This document shows, in pieces, positions 1-12,700 of a stretch of 64,000 nucleotides of DNA. Position numbers and translations under genes: made by a program. The notes beneath the pieces were generated by a model that made no database searches, was not told the origin of the DNA, and saw only the letters and a program-made list of their open reading frames with translations. The stretch lies in assembly GCA_964304625.1 (NCBI GenBank), contig OZ199838.1, forward strand, positions 4,241,354 to 4,305,353. The letters are read 5' to 3'. The DNA comes from Kudoa neothunni (taxonomy: Eukaryota > Animalia > Cnidaria). The number at the start of each line of letters is the position of its first letter. Position 1 is the stretch's first letter.

Positions 1-538
1 ATGCAAAAGTGCCGAGTATAAATGAGAACCCCTATAATTAACTGAACCGAATAAAAATGTATGTTATGATCAAAGTTGTAATTAGTGTTTATTTTTGGGA
101 TTTTCTTATTAATTTATATTTTCCAACAATTAGTTAATTCTTATTTGCACCCAATTACTTTTGCGTCACCCTAATTAATATTTAAAGATGAATCTAAATT
201 GTATAATTTAATCCATTATGATTATACTTTAGGTAGAAAGAAAATATGTACAGGCATTCTAGGACCCATTAAAGTGTCATATTTTAATAAATGATTAACA
301 TTAATGAATATTATAAAAATATATCAACAATATGATACCTCCCTAATTATTAAAAACTACCACGTTTTGGTAAGTACTAACGTGAATCCATAAAACTATC
401 CTTTGACGTCATCGGAATCTTTTTATATAACATGAGGAAAATAAAAACTATAACGTTCTCCTTATATATTTTATTTATTCATACCATTATAATTACTTTA
501 TTGTTATATAATAAGATAACGTTTGATATTACGCTTAA

Positions 539-3025
539 CCCTCCAACGGATGAAAAAACGACCACCCTCCAACGGGCTTTGGGGTAAAAAAGACCCCAGA
601 TTTTTTTTAATTTAATGTATGCAGAAAATTATTATAAACTTATGAGGGAAATATGGGAAAATTCTGCCTAAGTAACGCTGAGAAAATAATCAATTACTTC
701 ATAATTAATCTTCAGTAATCCTCTTCGGCAAGATTAAGCAGATATCGCGATAAATCGTTTTTATAACGTATAATATGTTTAGTCTTATTTGAAATAATGA
801 AAAATAACATTTTAGTAAAAAATAAAAGATAAAATATTTTCAAGGGTCCCTAATAAATTTGGTTTATATTAGCTAGCAATTTAGACATTTATTTGACGAA
901 TGGGCGCGACAGTAGAAACTTCCACATTTTGAGCATTTGGATGAGGTTTTCTTATCGTTTTCACGAGGACAATGTTCACATCTTCGTTTAGAAGTATTTG
1001 AATCTGCAAAGTTGTATGTTTCCATAGAAGTTGGATGAGATCTTTTTGAACATTTTTTCATTTGGGAATTTCTCTCCAAAAGAGGTTTATACAACTCTCC
1101 AGCCATTTCTTTCAGAAAATCACGTCTCAATTTTGTGGAATCGTTAAATATGTGTTTATATAGACAAAATGAATTTATCAAAGTCAAATCCAACATATTA
1201 TAAAAGACCACCATGGGCCAGCGTCGATTAAATCTGCGGACCGAAACGGAAGCCAACATCCGATCCACGGTATCTACTCCTCCTTTGGAACCATTATAAT
1301 CCACCATTGTTTCAGGCTTTTGTTTATGTGTATCGTTGGTTATGTTGGTGTTGGTTGTTCCTGAGGATAGGAGAATCACCGCTCTTCTTTTTTTGTTGAC
1401 ATATGAAGTGATCATATATTTATCAAAAAATATAAACATAGTGCTGAATAAGGAACGATTTCTAGACGGAAGAACACACGGTGGTAAATCTCTCTTATTG
1501 TGTCGAATTGTTCCAAGATATGTCAGACGTTTGTCTAACAGCTTCTCGGCTAGTCTAAGGGAAGAGAAAAAATTATCTGCAACTATAGTTCTTCCTGAGT
1601 TATACAAGGGAGCTGTAAGGGAAAGCACAATATTCTCACCAACACCACAGTTTTGGCTAGCTTGAGTTCCGTTCTTTCCTAGATAGGGAGAAATGTTTAC
1701 AACATATTTGTGGACTGGATCGACAGCTAGGAAAAACTTTAGGTCATATTTCGCCGGCTTCATCGGCATATATTGTCTAAATGAGCATCTTCCTCTAAAC
1801 GAGACTAACTGCTCGTCAACGGTAACATTTTCACCGGGGAAAAAACATATAGGTAGAGTCTGGATCCACATGTTCCATATGTTGCGAATTGGACAAAATT
1901 TATCCAATTCTCTTCTTTCAGATCTGGTGCTTGGATTATCAAAATGAATACATCGTAGAATTTGGCGAAAACGATTAAATGAAAAGATTTCGCGATACAT
2001 CTCTCTCCCTTCCTTTATACTAAACATTTCTAAAAGAGGTTGCTCTCTGTCTTTGTAGACAGCCATCAAAATTAGTGTTCCGAAAAATCCTCTTAATTCA
2101 ACGTCGTCTAAATCATTCCATAAATCAGAAAAGTGTAATTTCCCGTGAACGTTTGTTTGTTTTATTATTTCCTGGCAAATTTCATCAGTGAAGAATATAA
2201 AAAAACAGTCCAACACGTTTTTGACTCTTTGTATGCAATAAGCTGTTGGCCCAGGTCGAGGATTCATGATATTCTCCTTCAGCATTTTTGATGGAGGTGG
2301 CTTATTCAATGTCCAAAGTATTCCGCTTTTGCTTGTCGTAGAATCCGCAGGATGTTCGCAATCTGATGTATCATCGGATTCTTCGGAATATTCAAGAACG
2401 GTTTCATCAATGTCGCTACTTAAAGGTTGATATTCATCGCTAAAATCCTCAGATGGTGCCATGATTATCTCAATGTGCGCAACAAACGATAAAATTGGTG
2501 TATATTTCGCGTTAACTCTCATATACGGTCCTAAGGCTTAAATTATCTATAGCTTATTTTGTAGGGGATTATTTATTGCTAGTACACGGAGGTAATATGT
2601 TAATTTTGTTTGTATTTAGCTAATAAACATTGACCTTGCGGTATTCATATAAACGATGGTTACGATATGTTGCGATTACATACTTAATCGGATTACGGCG
2701 GATTATATTGATTAATAATTGCTGAATTTGACAGTATTTATTAGGCAGATTTTTTTTTAAATTTCCAAATCATCTTATAATAATTTTCTACATACGTCAA
2801 ATCAAAAAAAATCTGGGGTCTTTTTTACCCCAAAGCCCGTTGGAAGATAAAAATTTTGTTCGATAAGAAATAATCAATATTCCACATAAAGATTTTTATA
2901 AATCTATTTATTAAAATAATTTAGGAGAATAGACGAAATTTTAAGTATCCCAGATAATTATAAAATATTCTATGGACAAATTAAAATCGTTTTGGGGTCT
3001 AAAAGACCCCAAGCCCGTTAGAGGG
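539..3025 (-). mobile_element. Full-length piggyBac DNA transposon (PB1)
   Basis: TTAA at 535-538 and 3026-3029. Termini CCCTCCAACGG and CCGTTAGAGGG (1 mismatch). Long subterminal inverted repeats (~565-640 vs ~2775-2846). Palindrome GGGGT-N7-ACCCC at 581-597, 2815-2831 and 2994-3010. Confidence 0.95.
873..2522 (-). CDS. piggyBac transposase, uninterrupted ORF (likely start ATG 2462)
   Basis: Acidic N-terminus, DDD triad (VTVDEQL, VADNFF, GGVDTVD), RRWP motif, and C-terminal Cys-rich domain CEHC...CSKC...YCRAH...CLNC. Confidence 0.95.
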   Translation of the reverse strand: MRVNAKYTPILSFVAHIEIIMAPSEDFSDEYQPLSSDIDETVLEYSEESDDTSDCEHPADSTTSKSGILWTLNKPPPSKMLKENIMNPRPGPTAYCIQRVKNVLDCFFIFFTDEICQEIIKQTNVHGKLHFSDLWNDLDDVELRGFFGTLILMAVYKDREQPLLEMFSIKEGREMYREIFSFNRFRQILRCIHFDNPSTRSERRELDKFCPIRNIWNMWIQTLPICFFPGENVTVDEQLVSFRGRCSFRQYMPMKPAKYDLKFFLAVDPVHKYVVNISPYLGKNGTQASQNCGVGENIVLSLTAPLYNSGRTIVADNFFSSLRLAEKLLDKRLTYLGTIRHNKRDLPPCVLPSRNRSLFSTMFIFFDKYMITSYVNKKRRAVILLSSGTTNTNITNDTHKQKPETMVDYNGSKGGVDTVDRMLASVSVRRFNRRWPMVVFYNMLDLTLINSFCLYKHIFNDSTKLRRDFLKEMAGELYKPLLERNSQMKKCSKRSHPTSMETYNFADSNTSKRRCEHCPRENDKKTSSKCSKCGSFYCRAHSSNKCLNC

Positions 3026-3029
3026 TTAA

Positions 3030-5211
3030 CCTGATTTTGAAAGAATATATTGGTGTCTGTTGTCTTGTGTATCTTGATGATATAATTATATTCAGTAAAG
3101 ATTTGGAAACTAACAAAAATGACGTGAGGAAAATTGTTACATTATTAGAGTTGTATAACTTGAAAATTAATAACGAAAAATCAGTTTATTACAAAAGCGA
3201 AGTTACATTTTTGGGACATGTTATCAATGCTGATGGAATCAAACCAGATAAAAATAAAGTGAAAGCAATTAAAAATTGGCCTACCCCAACGAAAATTGTT
3301 GAATTACAATGTTTCCTTGGTTTGCTTAACTATTATAGAAGATTCATTGATAAATTCTCTAAAATTTCGAATCCTCTGTGTCGTTTGTTACGGAACGACG
3401 TACCGTGGAATTGGTCGCCAGAATGTCAAAAATCATTTGATATGCTAAAAAAGAAATTAATGGAATGTGTATTGTTGGCACATCCGAATTGGAATGAATC
3501 ATTTATTTTGGATACTGATGCCAGTAATCAATCTATTGGAGCAGTTTTGTCGCAAGTAATTGATGGGGAGGAGCGAGTGGTCGCTTTCGCTAGTAGATCG
3601 TTATTAGATCGAGAAAGGAATTATAGTGTTACGAGAAAAGAACTCTTGGCTCTGGTTCATTTTATAAATCATTTCAAATTTTACCTCCATGGAAAAAAAT
3701 TCTTAGCGAGAACTGACCACCATGCGTTGAAGTGGCTATTGTCTTTTAAAAAGCCAGAAGGTCAGGTAGCTAGATGGTTGGAGCATTTGAGTCAATACGA
3801 ATTCGATGTTGTTTACAGAGAAGGTAAGATGCATGGAAATGCAGATGCTTTATCTCGAGTTCCTGAAATAACCCAAGCTTTGGCTCTATCGATACAAGGA
3901 TTATCAAATGATGTTATTATCAATAGACAACGCAATGACGCCATTCTGAATAAAATTATCGGCTGGATTGAGAGTAATCGAATGCCAAAGGTTCCTAAAG
4001 AGTTGGATAAACGGATACAAACATTATGGCTGTTGAGGAAATGCTTACGCTTGGATAATAGTATTCTATGTAGAGAATTTGTTGACCCTAAAACAAAGGA
4101 AGTTACATTACGTGTTGTGATACCTGAAAGCTTAAAATCAATGATATTGGAGTTGGCACATGATAATGTTACAAGTGGTCATCTAGGACATGAAAAAGTT
4201 GCCCAAAATATACGCAGAAACTATTATTGGCCATTACAAAATGTGGATATAAAAAATTGGTGTCAATCCTGTGAAATATGCGCTCGGAGGAACCGACCCA
4301 CCAGAAAGTTTGTATCAGAAATGGATACAAGTGTGTCAAGTTATCCGATGGAACGGATTGCTATTGATATGGTTGGACCGTTACCCACTACATATAAGGG
4401 GAATCGATTCATTTGTGTAGTTCAAGATTATTTTACAAAATGGGGAGAAGCCATTCCTATGAAGGACCAAGAAGCACATACTGTGGTCAGGAAGTTAACG
4501 GGTGCTGTATTTTCAAAATTTGGACTCCCATCGGTAATTCACACTGACCAAGGAACAAATTTTGAATCGAAACTTTTTCAAAATATGTGTAAAATGTTCG
4601 GCATATCAAAAACAAGAACATGTGCATTTAACCCAAAATCGGATGGGATGGTAGAAAGACTGAATCGAACGTTGATTGATATGGTGAGCAAGCTTGTCCA
4701 TAAGGACAACGAGTGGGATACCTTATTACCTACAGTGATGATGGCTTACCGATCATCAACCCATAGTTCAACTGGATATTCTCCAAATTATTTGATGCTG
4801 GGAAGGGAAGTACGAACACCACTTGAAACGATATCTCAACTAAACGCACATAATTATTCACATGATGACTATGTTAAATGCATTGGAACTGATCTGAGAC
4901 TGGCGAAACAAATTGCATTGGATAACCTCAAAGTTAATTTGGGCAGGACTAAGACTGCCTACAATAAAAAAGCCTATGGAAAACTTTATAACCCAGGTGA
5001 AAAAGTTTGGTTGGTCATTAATAATAGACAAAGTAAATTGGAACCATATTACAAAGGCCCCTACGTAGTTAAAGAAAAATTGTCTGACTCTGTCTATAGA
5101 CTAGAGGGACAAGGTAAAGTTTTGGTGACTAATTTTGATAAATTAAAACCCTTCATTCAACGACAGTTGATAGAAGACAGTTTTGAAGAGGATGCAATGT
5201 TACCAAGGTGA
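3030..5211 (+). mobile_element. Ty3/gypsy LTR-retrotransposon pol fragment (C-terminal RT, RNase H, integrase); no gag, protease or LTR seen
   Basis: YLDD; RNase H (LDTDAS, YSVTRKE, TDH, ADALSR); HHCC finger; integrase core (AIDMVG, HTDQG, VERLNR); GPY motif. Domain order RT-RH-IN. Confidence 0.95.
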
Positions 5212-5289
5212 TTATTAGTAATCAACCGTTTAGTATTCCTAGTTCGATATATATCGTAGCTTTTAATAATATGGCCTCTATGCATGCAG

Positions 5290-8200
5290 CTAACAGGGAG
5301 TTTGGATTTGATGTTATTTCCGTTTCATTGGATTGGGAATCTAGGTCAATGTGGTCTGGTACGACTGGTTTTTCAAAAGTAAAAAACTCGACAATTGAAG
5401 AAGCTGAAGCTTGGCACCAGACCGGCTTTGGATCAGTAATTTCCCTAACACATTTCTTGGTATTTAGCTTGAAGAGGGATCTGAGTCTGATTGCTTCGTT
5501 ACTGGACCAGGGATTTTTCTCAGAGTTGTTGTTTTGATTGGTATTTTGAGGAGGGTAGTTCAAGTTTTCCTGCAATTTTGCATTAGGATTTGAGGTGGGA
5601 TTTGGTCTTCATTCGGAGGAATGTCAGGTTGTTTCTTGCTGGATTTGTTGGTTTTAAAAGGGAGGTTATTCTTGGCAGATGTAGGGTTGTTATTTGCATT
5701 TTGTGGTTTTAAAGGTGGCTTAGGGACAAAGTATTGGTCTAAGAGTTTTGCGTGTTTAGTTGATATTTTGATAAACTCTTCATAGAAATCGTCAACATCA
5801 AAGTCTTTATCTCCAAGTTTAACATTTAGGGCGAGCAACTCATCCACACAGTTCTTGAGTTTCTCAGAACGTTTCTCTTTTTGGAGCAATAGTCCTCAGT
5901 AGATTTGATTGTTTTATCATCCGTATCGTTGTTGGGGGGGGGGGGGGGGGGTTGGGAAGATTGTTGTGACTTAGAAACATTATCATTTATAAGGATATCA
6001 TCAGCATCTTCAGTTTGTTCGTAATTTTGAGATGGGATGCTTGTAACAGTGACAGATGAGTTGGATTTCCTAGATTTCCCAGATTTCGTAATATTAGGAC
6101 GTTCCACAGGTGGCAATTTGTATTTTGATTTGTTTTTTCTTAGGATGGAATCAATTACGACATTATCACCGGATATGGGGGTTTGAGAAGCTTGAGGGAT
6201 GTCAATTAGTGTTGCTAGTGGAGAATTTTCAATGACTTCAGTATTTGTAGTATTTTTGGGATTTAAGGCCGATTCCAAATTAAACATGGGATTGGAGCTA
6301 GGTAACTCTTCAACTGTGTGTCCCACTGATTTTAGGGCATTATAAAGATCATCAAATTGTTGAGAGTCTATCAATGGGTCATTTCTATAGCCACCTTCTG
6401 ACATGTTGTCAGCAATTGTTGTAACATCTTGATTTTGTGAGGAAAATTGGGTTGTTTCTGTATCTTCAATAACAATAGCCGCATCAGTACTCTTGTTGGG
6501 ATTTATCATGTAGAGGTTCTTCTGTTTTGATATAAAATCATTAACATCTTGAGAGTTTAGAGGGATAGATTGACTTATTGTAATAGGAGGGTCATCATCC
6601 GATTTTCTTGAGAATTTGATTTTCTTCGCCTTGGGATGGTACAGTATTGAGGTGTTTGATTTGCTACTGTTTGGAACATTGTTGGACGGATTTTGACGCT
6701 TTTGAGCATTTGCAGAATCTTCGGTAAGAGGCTCAAGAGACGAAGCTGGTTGCTGATTTAAGTTTGGCTCATTTAACTTAACATTAGTATTTTGCGGACG
6801 GATATTAAGTTTAGAAATTATTGTAGGCACAAACTTGCGCTTTTTAGAGTGCGAATTAGTATTATTGGTACATTTAGCATTAATTGAATTAGACGATTTA
6901 GATAGTTTGGCTGAATTCTTAACATTACCTGGTTTTGGCGCTTTGCTGATAGAATTTGCGGACTTTATTGGATTTAAAGACTCAGTTGGCTTGGAATTCT
7001 TCTTCGTTTTAAGAGATTTAGCGGCTTTTACATTAGATTCACTTAAATTGGTACGATTATTAAGATTAACATTATTATTGCTTAAATTATTTAGTTTGGA
7101 AGAATCATTAGTGTTAACTGAGTTAATTGTATTAACAAAATTAAAACTATCACTATTTAAATCACTTATTTTAAGGGAATCGTTAGAATTTGCCAAACTA
7201 TCGGGGTTATCATTTAAAATAATCATTTTAGAAGAGAAGTTTGCGTTAGAATTAGAATTAGAGGGACTAGTTAAACTAATTGTATTTTCTAGATTGGCAT
7301 TCACATTATTAGAAGTGTTAGAAACATTATAATTAACATTTTCGGCAGTATTAACTAGATTATTAGTTGAGTTAACTAGATTAGTTGTACTAAAAGTAAA
7401 AATATTAGAATTTAAATTGTTAGAATTAGAAAGATTATGCAAAGTAATAGAATTAGTAGTGTTTTTAGTTTTAATAATCTTATTTAAGTTTTCTGAGGTG
7501 CTCGGGTTGTTATTAGAAGTATTAAAAGTAAAGTAAAAGTAAAAGAGTTAAAATTTTGCTGGTCAATGCCATCATTTTTGTTAAAGTCACGTGAAATTAA
7601 CTCCAATGAAGTATTGGCTAGCTGCGCGTTGTCCGAATTATCGTTAGATTTAACATTAAAATTAGAATCGGACTTGGTTGCTGTTTTTAAAGGTTCGTGA
7701 ATGTTAGAATTAGTTTTATTAACACTAGAACTAGAATTAAAAGAGTTAAAAGATGACAAATAGTTGTCATGGTTAAAATTGTTAGAAATTAAATTGGAAT
7801 TTAGATTAAGATTAGGATTAGCGCCGACAGTAGGATCACCTAGATATTTTAAAACTAAATTATCATATGCGGCTTTATCAAATTGCTTATTATTAAAATT
7901 AGAATTAGGTGCGATATTATTAATGTTAGTGTTAATATTAAAATTATTTTTAACATTACCAGTATTAAAATTAGATTGCGTGATTAATATTGGCTCAGAC
8001 TTACTGGGGATTAATGGTTTAAAACTGGTTGGCCATTCATCATCCGAAGAGATAGAATGATCATCATCAGAATCATTTAAAATTGAAATTGACGGTTTTA
8101 AAGTAGTATAACTGGTAGGATATTTCTCAACTACCGTGTATTTAGTATTTCATACAAAATATTAATATCTTTAATCTTATCAACCTTATTGTTATTACTA

Positions 8201-9587
8201 TCATTAAAATTTGAATTAAGATTAGAATTTGAAGTTTTTTCATTAATATTAGCGCAGATGTCCTCCAATATGTCAACATCATTGACGTTTTCATAATTTT
8301 CGGCATCACAATCACTATTATAATTAGAATCTGGCGAACTTTCAATGATATTATTAACATTAATATCAATATTATCATTAGAATTATTATTGTTAAGTGA
8401 AACGTGAGGATTTAGAGATTTAACAACATTGTTAAGATAAAAATAATCAATATTATCATTTGCGTCGTTATTATTATAAGAATCTGGCGTAACAGGCATT
8501 AAATGAGAGTCTAAAGAGACATTAAGTGGGTTTACTGGGACATGTAAAGGAGAATCTGGATTTAAAATAGGAGTAGAGCTGGCATTTAATGTAAAATTAG
8601 GTAAAATAACTCCAACCGGCTGACGCGGCGGAGACGACTTAATCTTCGGGAAGCAGGCACTAACACATACTTCCGCATAAGGAAATGGATTTTCGGGGAA
8701 TTCTGACTTATGCTCATTTTTAGATTCATTAACTAAACTATTTTAATCGTTTAAATTAGAATTAGAATAAACTTGCTCAGCTATTGAATAGGTATTAAGA
8801 TGGGTATTAGGATTAAGATTAGAATTTAAAGAATTATCGTTAGCTTGCTGATTAAAAAGATTAGAATTAATATCAGTTGGAACAGTATTAAAAGAATTAA
8901 TATTAGGAATATTAAGATAACTACTTGCTGAATCATCAGGAACGAGGTTAATATTATGATTAATTTTAGAATGTTCTGGAGTCAGATTTAGATTAGGATT
9001 AAGATTAAGATTATGCGCGGATTTAGATAAAACATTTTCAGAGTTTTTAACAACTTCTGAAGCAACTGGAGAAAAATTATAGTGCAATTTAAGGTAGTCT
9101 AAATATTTCTGACTCAATTTAGGAAATAGCTTAAGATCCGCCTCAATGTAGATCGAGCCATCCTTTTCCAAGAGCCTCTGGGAAGTCCCCAGAGTCAATT
9201 TCAGCCTGAAAAACCTCGTAAAGTTCATTCAGGATGACTGACCGGCTTAATAAATTCTTATTAAATGCCTCATTCAGGCGTCTACGACGGGGGCGATTAT
9301 CTTCAGGCACTGATTCCAACTGAAGGGAATAAATTTTTAAACGTTCAGCGTTACGAACGTATTTAGCAACTATTTTACAAGCTAACGGTAACTTGTGTGA
9401 TTTATCTTTCACTTGTAAATAGGCTGTATAGAAGATTAACATGCACCGAGGCATGTTTTCGGTGGAAAACCCACTTAACTTACTCATATGAAATTAAAAG
9501 TAGCGTCGATAGATTGCATGTATGATGAATAATATGAATTACCTGTTTAGGAGAGAAAATGGAGCCTGGTTGCAAAAAATAAAAACT
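5290..9587 (-). mobile_element. Non-LTR retrotransposon copy E1: 5' part only, frameshifted, truncated before the RT core
   Basis: ORF pieces from ATG 9487 are colinear with and homologous to E2 (MSKLSGFSTENMPRCML, QAEIDSGDFPE, HSKKRKFVPTII, KNKSKYKLPPV, EAIRLRSLFKLNTKKCVREITDPKPVWCQASA). The left boundary against the gypsy sequence is approximate. Confidence 0.85.
5934..5952 (+). repeat. G19 homopolymer (poly-Pro on the minus strand inside E1)
   Basis: Directly visible run of 19 G. Confidence 0.9.
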
Positions 9588-9623
9588 ACAGCGAAACCAA
9601 GTTTCGATCTTGGGACCTCAGGG
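9588..9623 (-). repeat. Exact 36-bp copy of the tRNA-iMet 3' half (positions 39-73 plus T) at the E2/E1 junction
   Basis: acagcgaaaccaagtttcgatcttgggacctcaggg is identical to 17120-17155. Confidence 0.97.
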
Positions 9624-9739
9624 GTAGAAATAACAAATACTAATGCTAATTCAGTTATAACTATTCAACAGTTTGAGTTTTGAGGGATTTTGCAAGTTGG
9701 ATGGAATTTGATGGGATATTGAGATTGGTGAATTCCTAA

Positions 9740-12700
9740 TCAGTGCGAAGCGTTGCCAGATACGTGGTGTTTGTACACCGAGTGGCTCGCTTCCAGAATT
9801 GTGGTGGTGATCTGTTTCTTCAGCCTTTTGGTCATCTTTTTGGAGAATATAAGCAGCTTGAAGACTTCAGTATTCGAGGCCAAGTGAGAACCAAGGGAAC
9901 CAAAGATTAGGGCTTTAGATTCCACGGTGAAACCAAGTTTCTCCAAGAAAAGCTTCTCATCAGCATAGGTGGTTGATTTGTGCTCTCTGACTTCTAAAAG
10001 TCGTTCGTTCGAGGATTCAAATGGAATGGACAGATCTATCATCAGCACGGATTGTTTCCATTCGTTCATTAAGACGAGATCAGGTCGACGAGGGAAACCT
10101 TCAATAAACGTAGAGTCCACGAAGAGACGTTGGTTTTTCTTGATTTTCAGTTTGATTTTTTCAGCAATGAGATTGAGGATTTGATTGTGGCGGGACATGA
10201 TTTGTTCCGTGTTGAACTTGCATCCATTGAGTATGTGTGAAGTGGTTTCGTGTGCCATTGGACAATGACGGCAAGACGTGATGTTGGTTTTCTTGATTTT
10301 GTACATATTCATCATTGTTGGGAGTAAATTCAACCAGCATGTAATGCAAACTGAGCCGTACTTACTTTAATATGCCCAAAATGGATCCATGTGTTGGAGC
10401 ATTTATCATCCGCAGACGAACAGCAGGCCTTCCCTTGATCAGGTAGTGACTTCCATGAGACAAAATTGCGATTTTGGAGATGCCAGCGAAGTTTTTTAAT
10501 GAGGGTTGGACGGACGTTGGAGATGAAAGCACTAGGAGGACGTTGTAGGGATGTGTTATCGAGTTCCAAATTATAATCCGTGTCGCGGTCGCATTTAAAC
10601 CTGACTTTAATTTGTTTCCTATACGGTCGTAAACTGGAGAAGAGTGTGGTGATATCCTTATTATTGACAGCAAGTTTGTCGTCAGAATTGAGGAAATCAG
10701 CGGCATTAGGAAGGTTAGAGTTTTTGGGGATACGGCTCTAATGGACTTGTGTAGTGAATCAATGGCCAAATTGTGAACATTATCATCAGCACTTTGGATT
10801 GTTTAGAGCGGAAGAGACCCGTAGTGCTCTATAATCGTCTACTATATTCCTTAGACCAAGGCCACCCAACTTAGTGGGGGTGTAGAAGAATGACTTATTA
10901 ACTGCCGTAGGAAACTTAAACCAATTACATACATGAGAATTTATAAATGAATTAAGTGAGTTTAACTCTTCAATACGGAGTTGAGTAGTTTTCATACGGA
11001 AGTCTAACATTGGAAGGAGATAGATTTTCAAAATGTGTAATTTCATGTAAGGGAAAGAGAAACGAATTTGAAATTTTTGTTAGTTTGTCTTTGAAAACAG
11101 AAATTTGTGGTTTTAAATCTTGGAAGGATTGTAGATTTTTGTTAGTTCCAAGATACTTATAAAATTGCACATTTGTCATATCAGGTATAGGTTGATCATT
11201 TAAAACAAGGGGAGAGAAGAAGGCTGGATCATTAATTATCAGTTGTTTAGTCCTAGAATGGTATTTTGCTTGTATGGACCTGCACTTTGATGTATTAGTC
11301 TTCATTTCCACAATCTTCAAATAATTCTCAAATTCTTTCAGCACTTTCTCCGCCTTCTCTCTGGAATCGGACACAAAAACCAAATCATCAGCGTAGGCGA
11401 GAGTGGAAATTGCAGGACCGTCTTTAATGTTGTATCCAACGTCGTGCTCTTCCATTAAAATTAAAAATGGATCGATCACCAGATTAAAAAGCAGCGGTGA
11501 CATTGGACACCCTTGTCTTACTCCCCTACCATTCATAGTGTGATTAACAGTATTTTGGTTCTGGTCTCTCACCAGGTTGTAGGAGTTGGAGTAAAGGAAA
11601 CGAATTAAGTGGATAACATCTTGAGAAATACCTCTAACACTTAGTTGATGTAAAATAAGCCAGTGGGGGACAGAATCGAATGCCTTGCGCAAATCGATCC
11701 ATGTTAAATGAAGGTTGGATTGTCTCCTACGGAAATCGTTTAAAACTTCTTGGAGGGTGAAGGCGTGTTCAACACAACCTTCACCAGGTTGGAATCCTTT
11801 CTGGCTTGGGTAAAGTTCAATCTCTGGTCGAATGCGGGAATAAAGGGCGGACATAAAGATGCGGTACAATGTTTGCGTTATACAGATCGGACGATAGTCT
11901 AATGAGGAAGATGGGTCAGGATTTTCAGTTTTAGGGATTAAGATCATTCTTGATTCCAACCAGCGCTTCGGTACTTTGTTGGCAGAGATGAATTTATCGA
12001 ACATAGGAAGGAGAATGGATTCAATATTCGGGATAGACTTCCAAAACTTCATATGGATGCCGTCCGTACCTGAAGAAGTGTCAGCCTTGGCTCTCTGGAC
12101 AGCACTCAAGACATTTTGAATGCCAACGCTAAATGGCGAGGGGTTATCTGGATATATTTGAGTTAATTGTGGATCAGAAGAGGAAGAGGAAGGATTTATT
12201 GAGTTTGGAGTTTTTGGGTGAATATCGGCATTGCCATCAAAGTCAAACTCTTCGGAATCTGTGCAGAAGCCATTTTTTTGATTGTTATTGTTAGAAGGAA
12301 GGGGGTCGTTAGAAACATTAATGAGAACAGATTTATCGGGATTTTGTGGTGAGGAATTAATTTTTGAGTTTGAAACAGGTCTGATACCAGTGATGTAGGA
12401 CTGGGAGGCAAGATGCTCTGGAACGGTTGGAGTGTCAAAGGTAAGCGAGTTTACAATGTCTTCTGCAGATGCCTGGCACCATACGGGTTTCGGGTCAGTA
12501 ATTTCCCTCACACATTTCTTCGGATTAACTTTAAAAAGGGCCCTCAGACGAATAGCTTCATCTGTATTCCATGGACCCTTTTCGGTGGTATCTTCCTTAG
12601 GATTTTTATTAGTGACGGGAGGAGAGTTGTTATCAACAGCATTGTCAGGCTCAACAATGATAATTTCATCAGAACCATTATTGGTGTTTGAACTAGGATT

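Noticed and set aside
1336-1947. Plus-strand ORFs 1336-1665 and 1693-1947
   Set aside because: Antisense shadows of the piggyBac transposase.
9588-9623. Half-tRNA as the primer-binding site of the gypsy element or as a SINE head
   Set aside because: There is no adjacent LTR, it lies 4 kb from the gypsy sequence, it lacks CCA and the A-box half, and it sits exactly at the E2/E1 junction.
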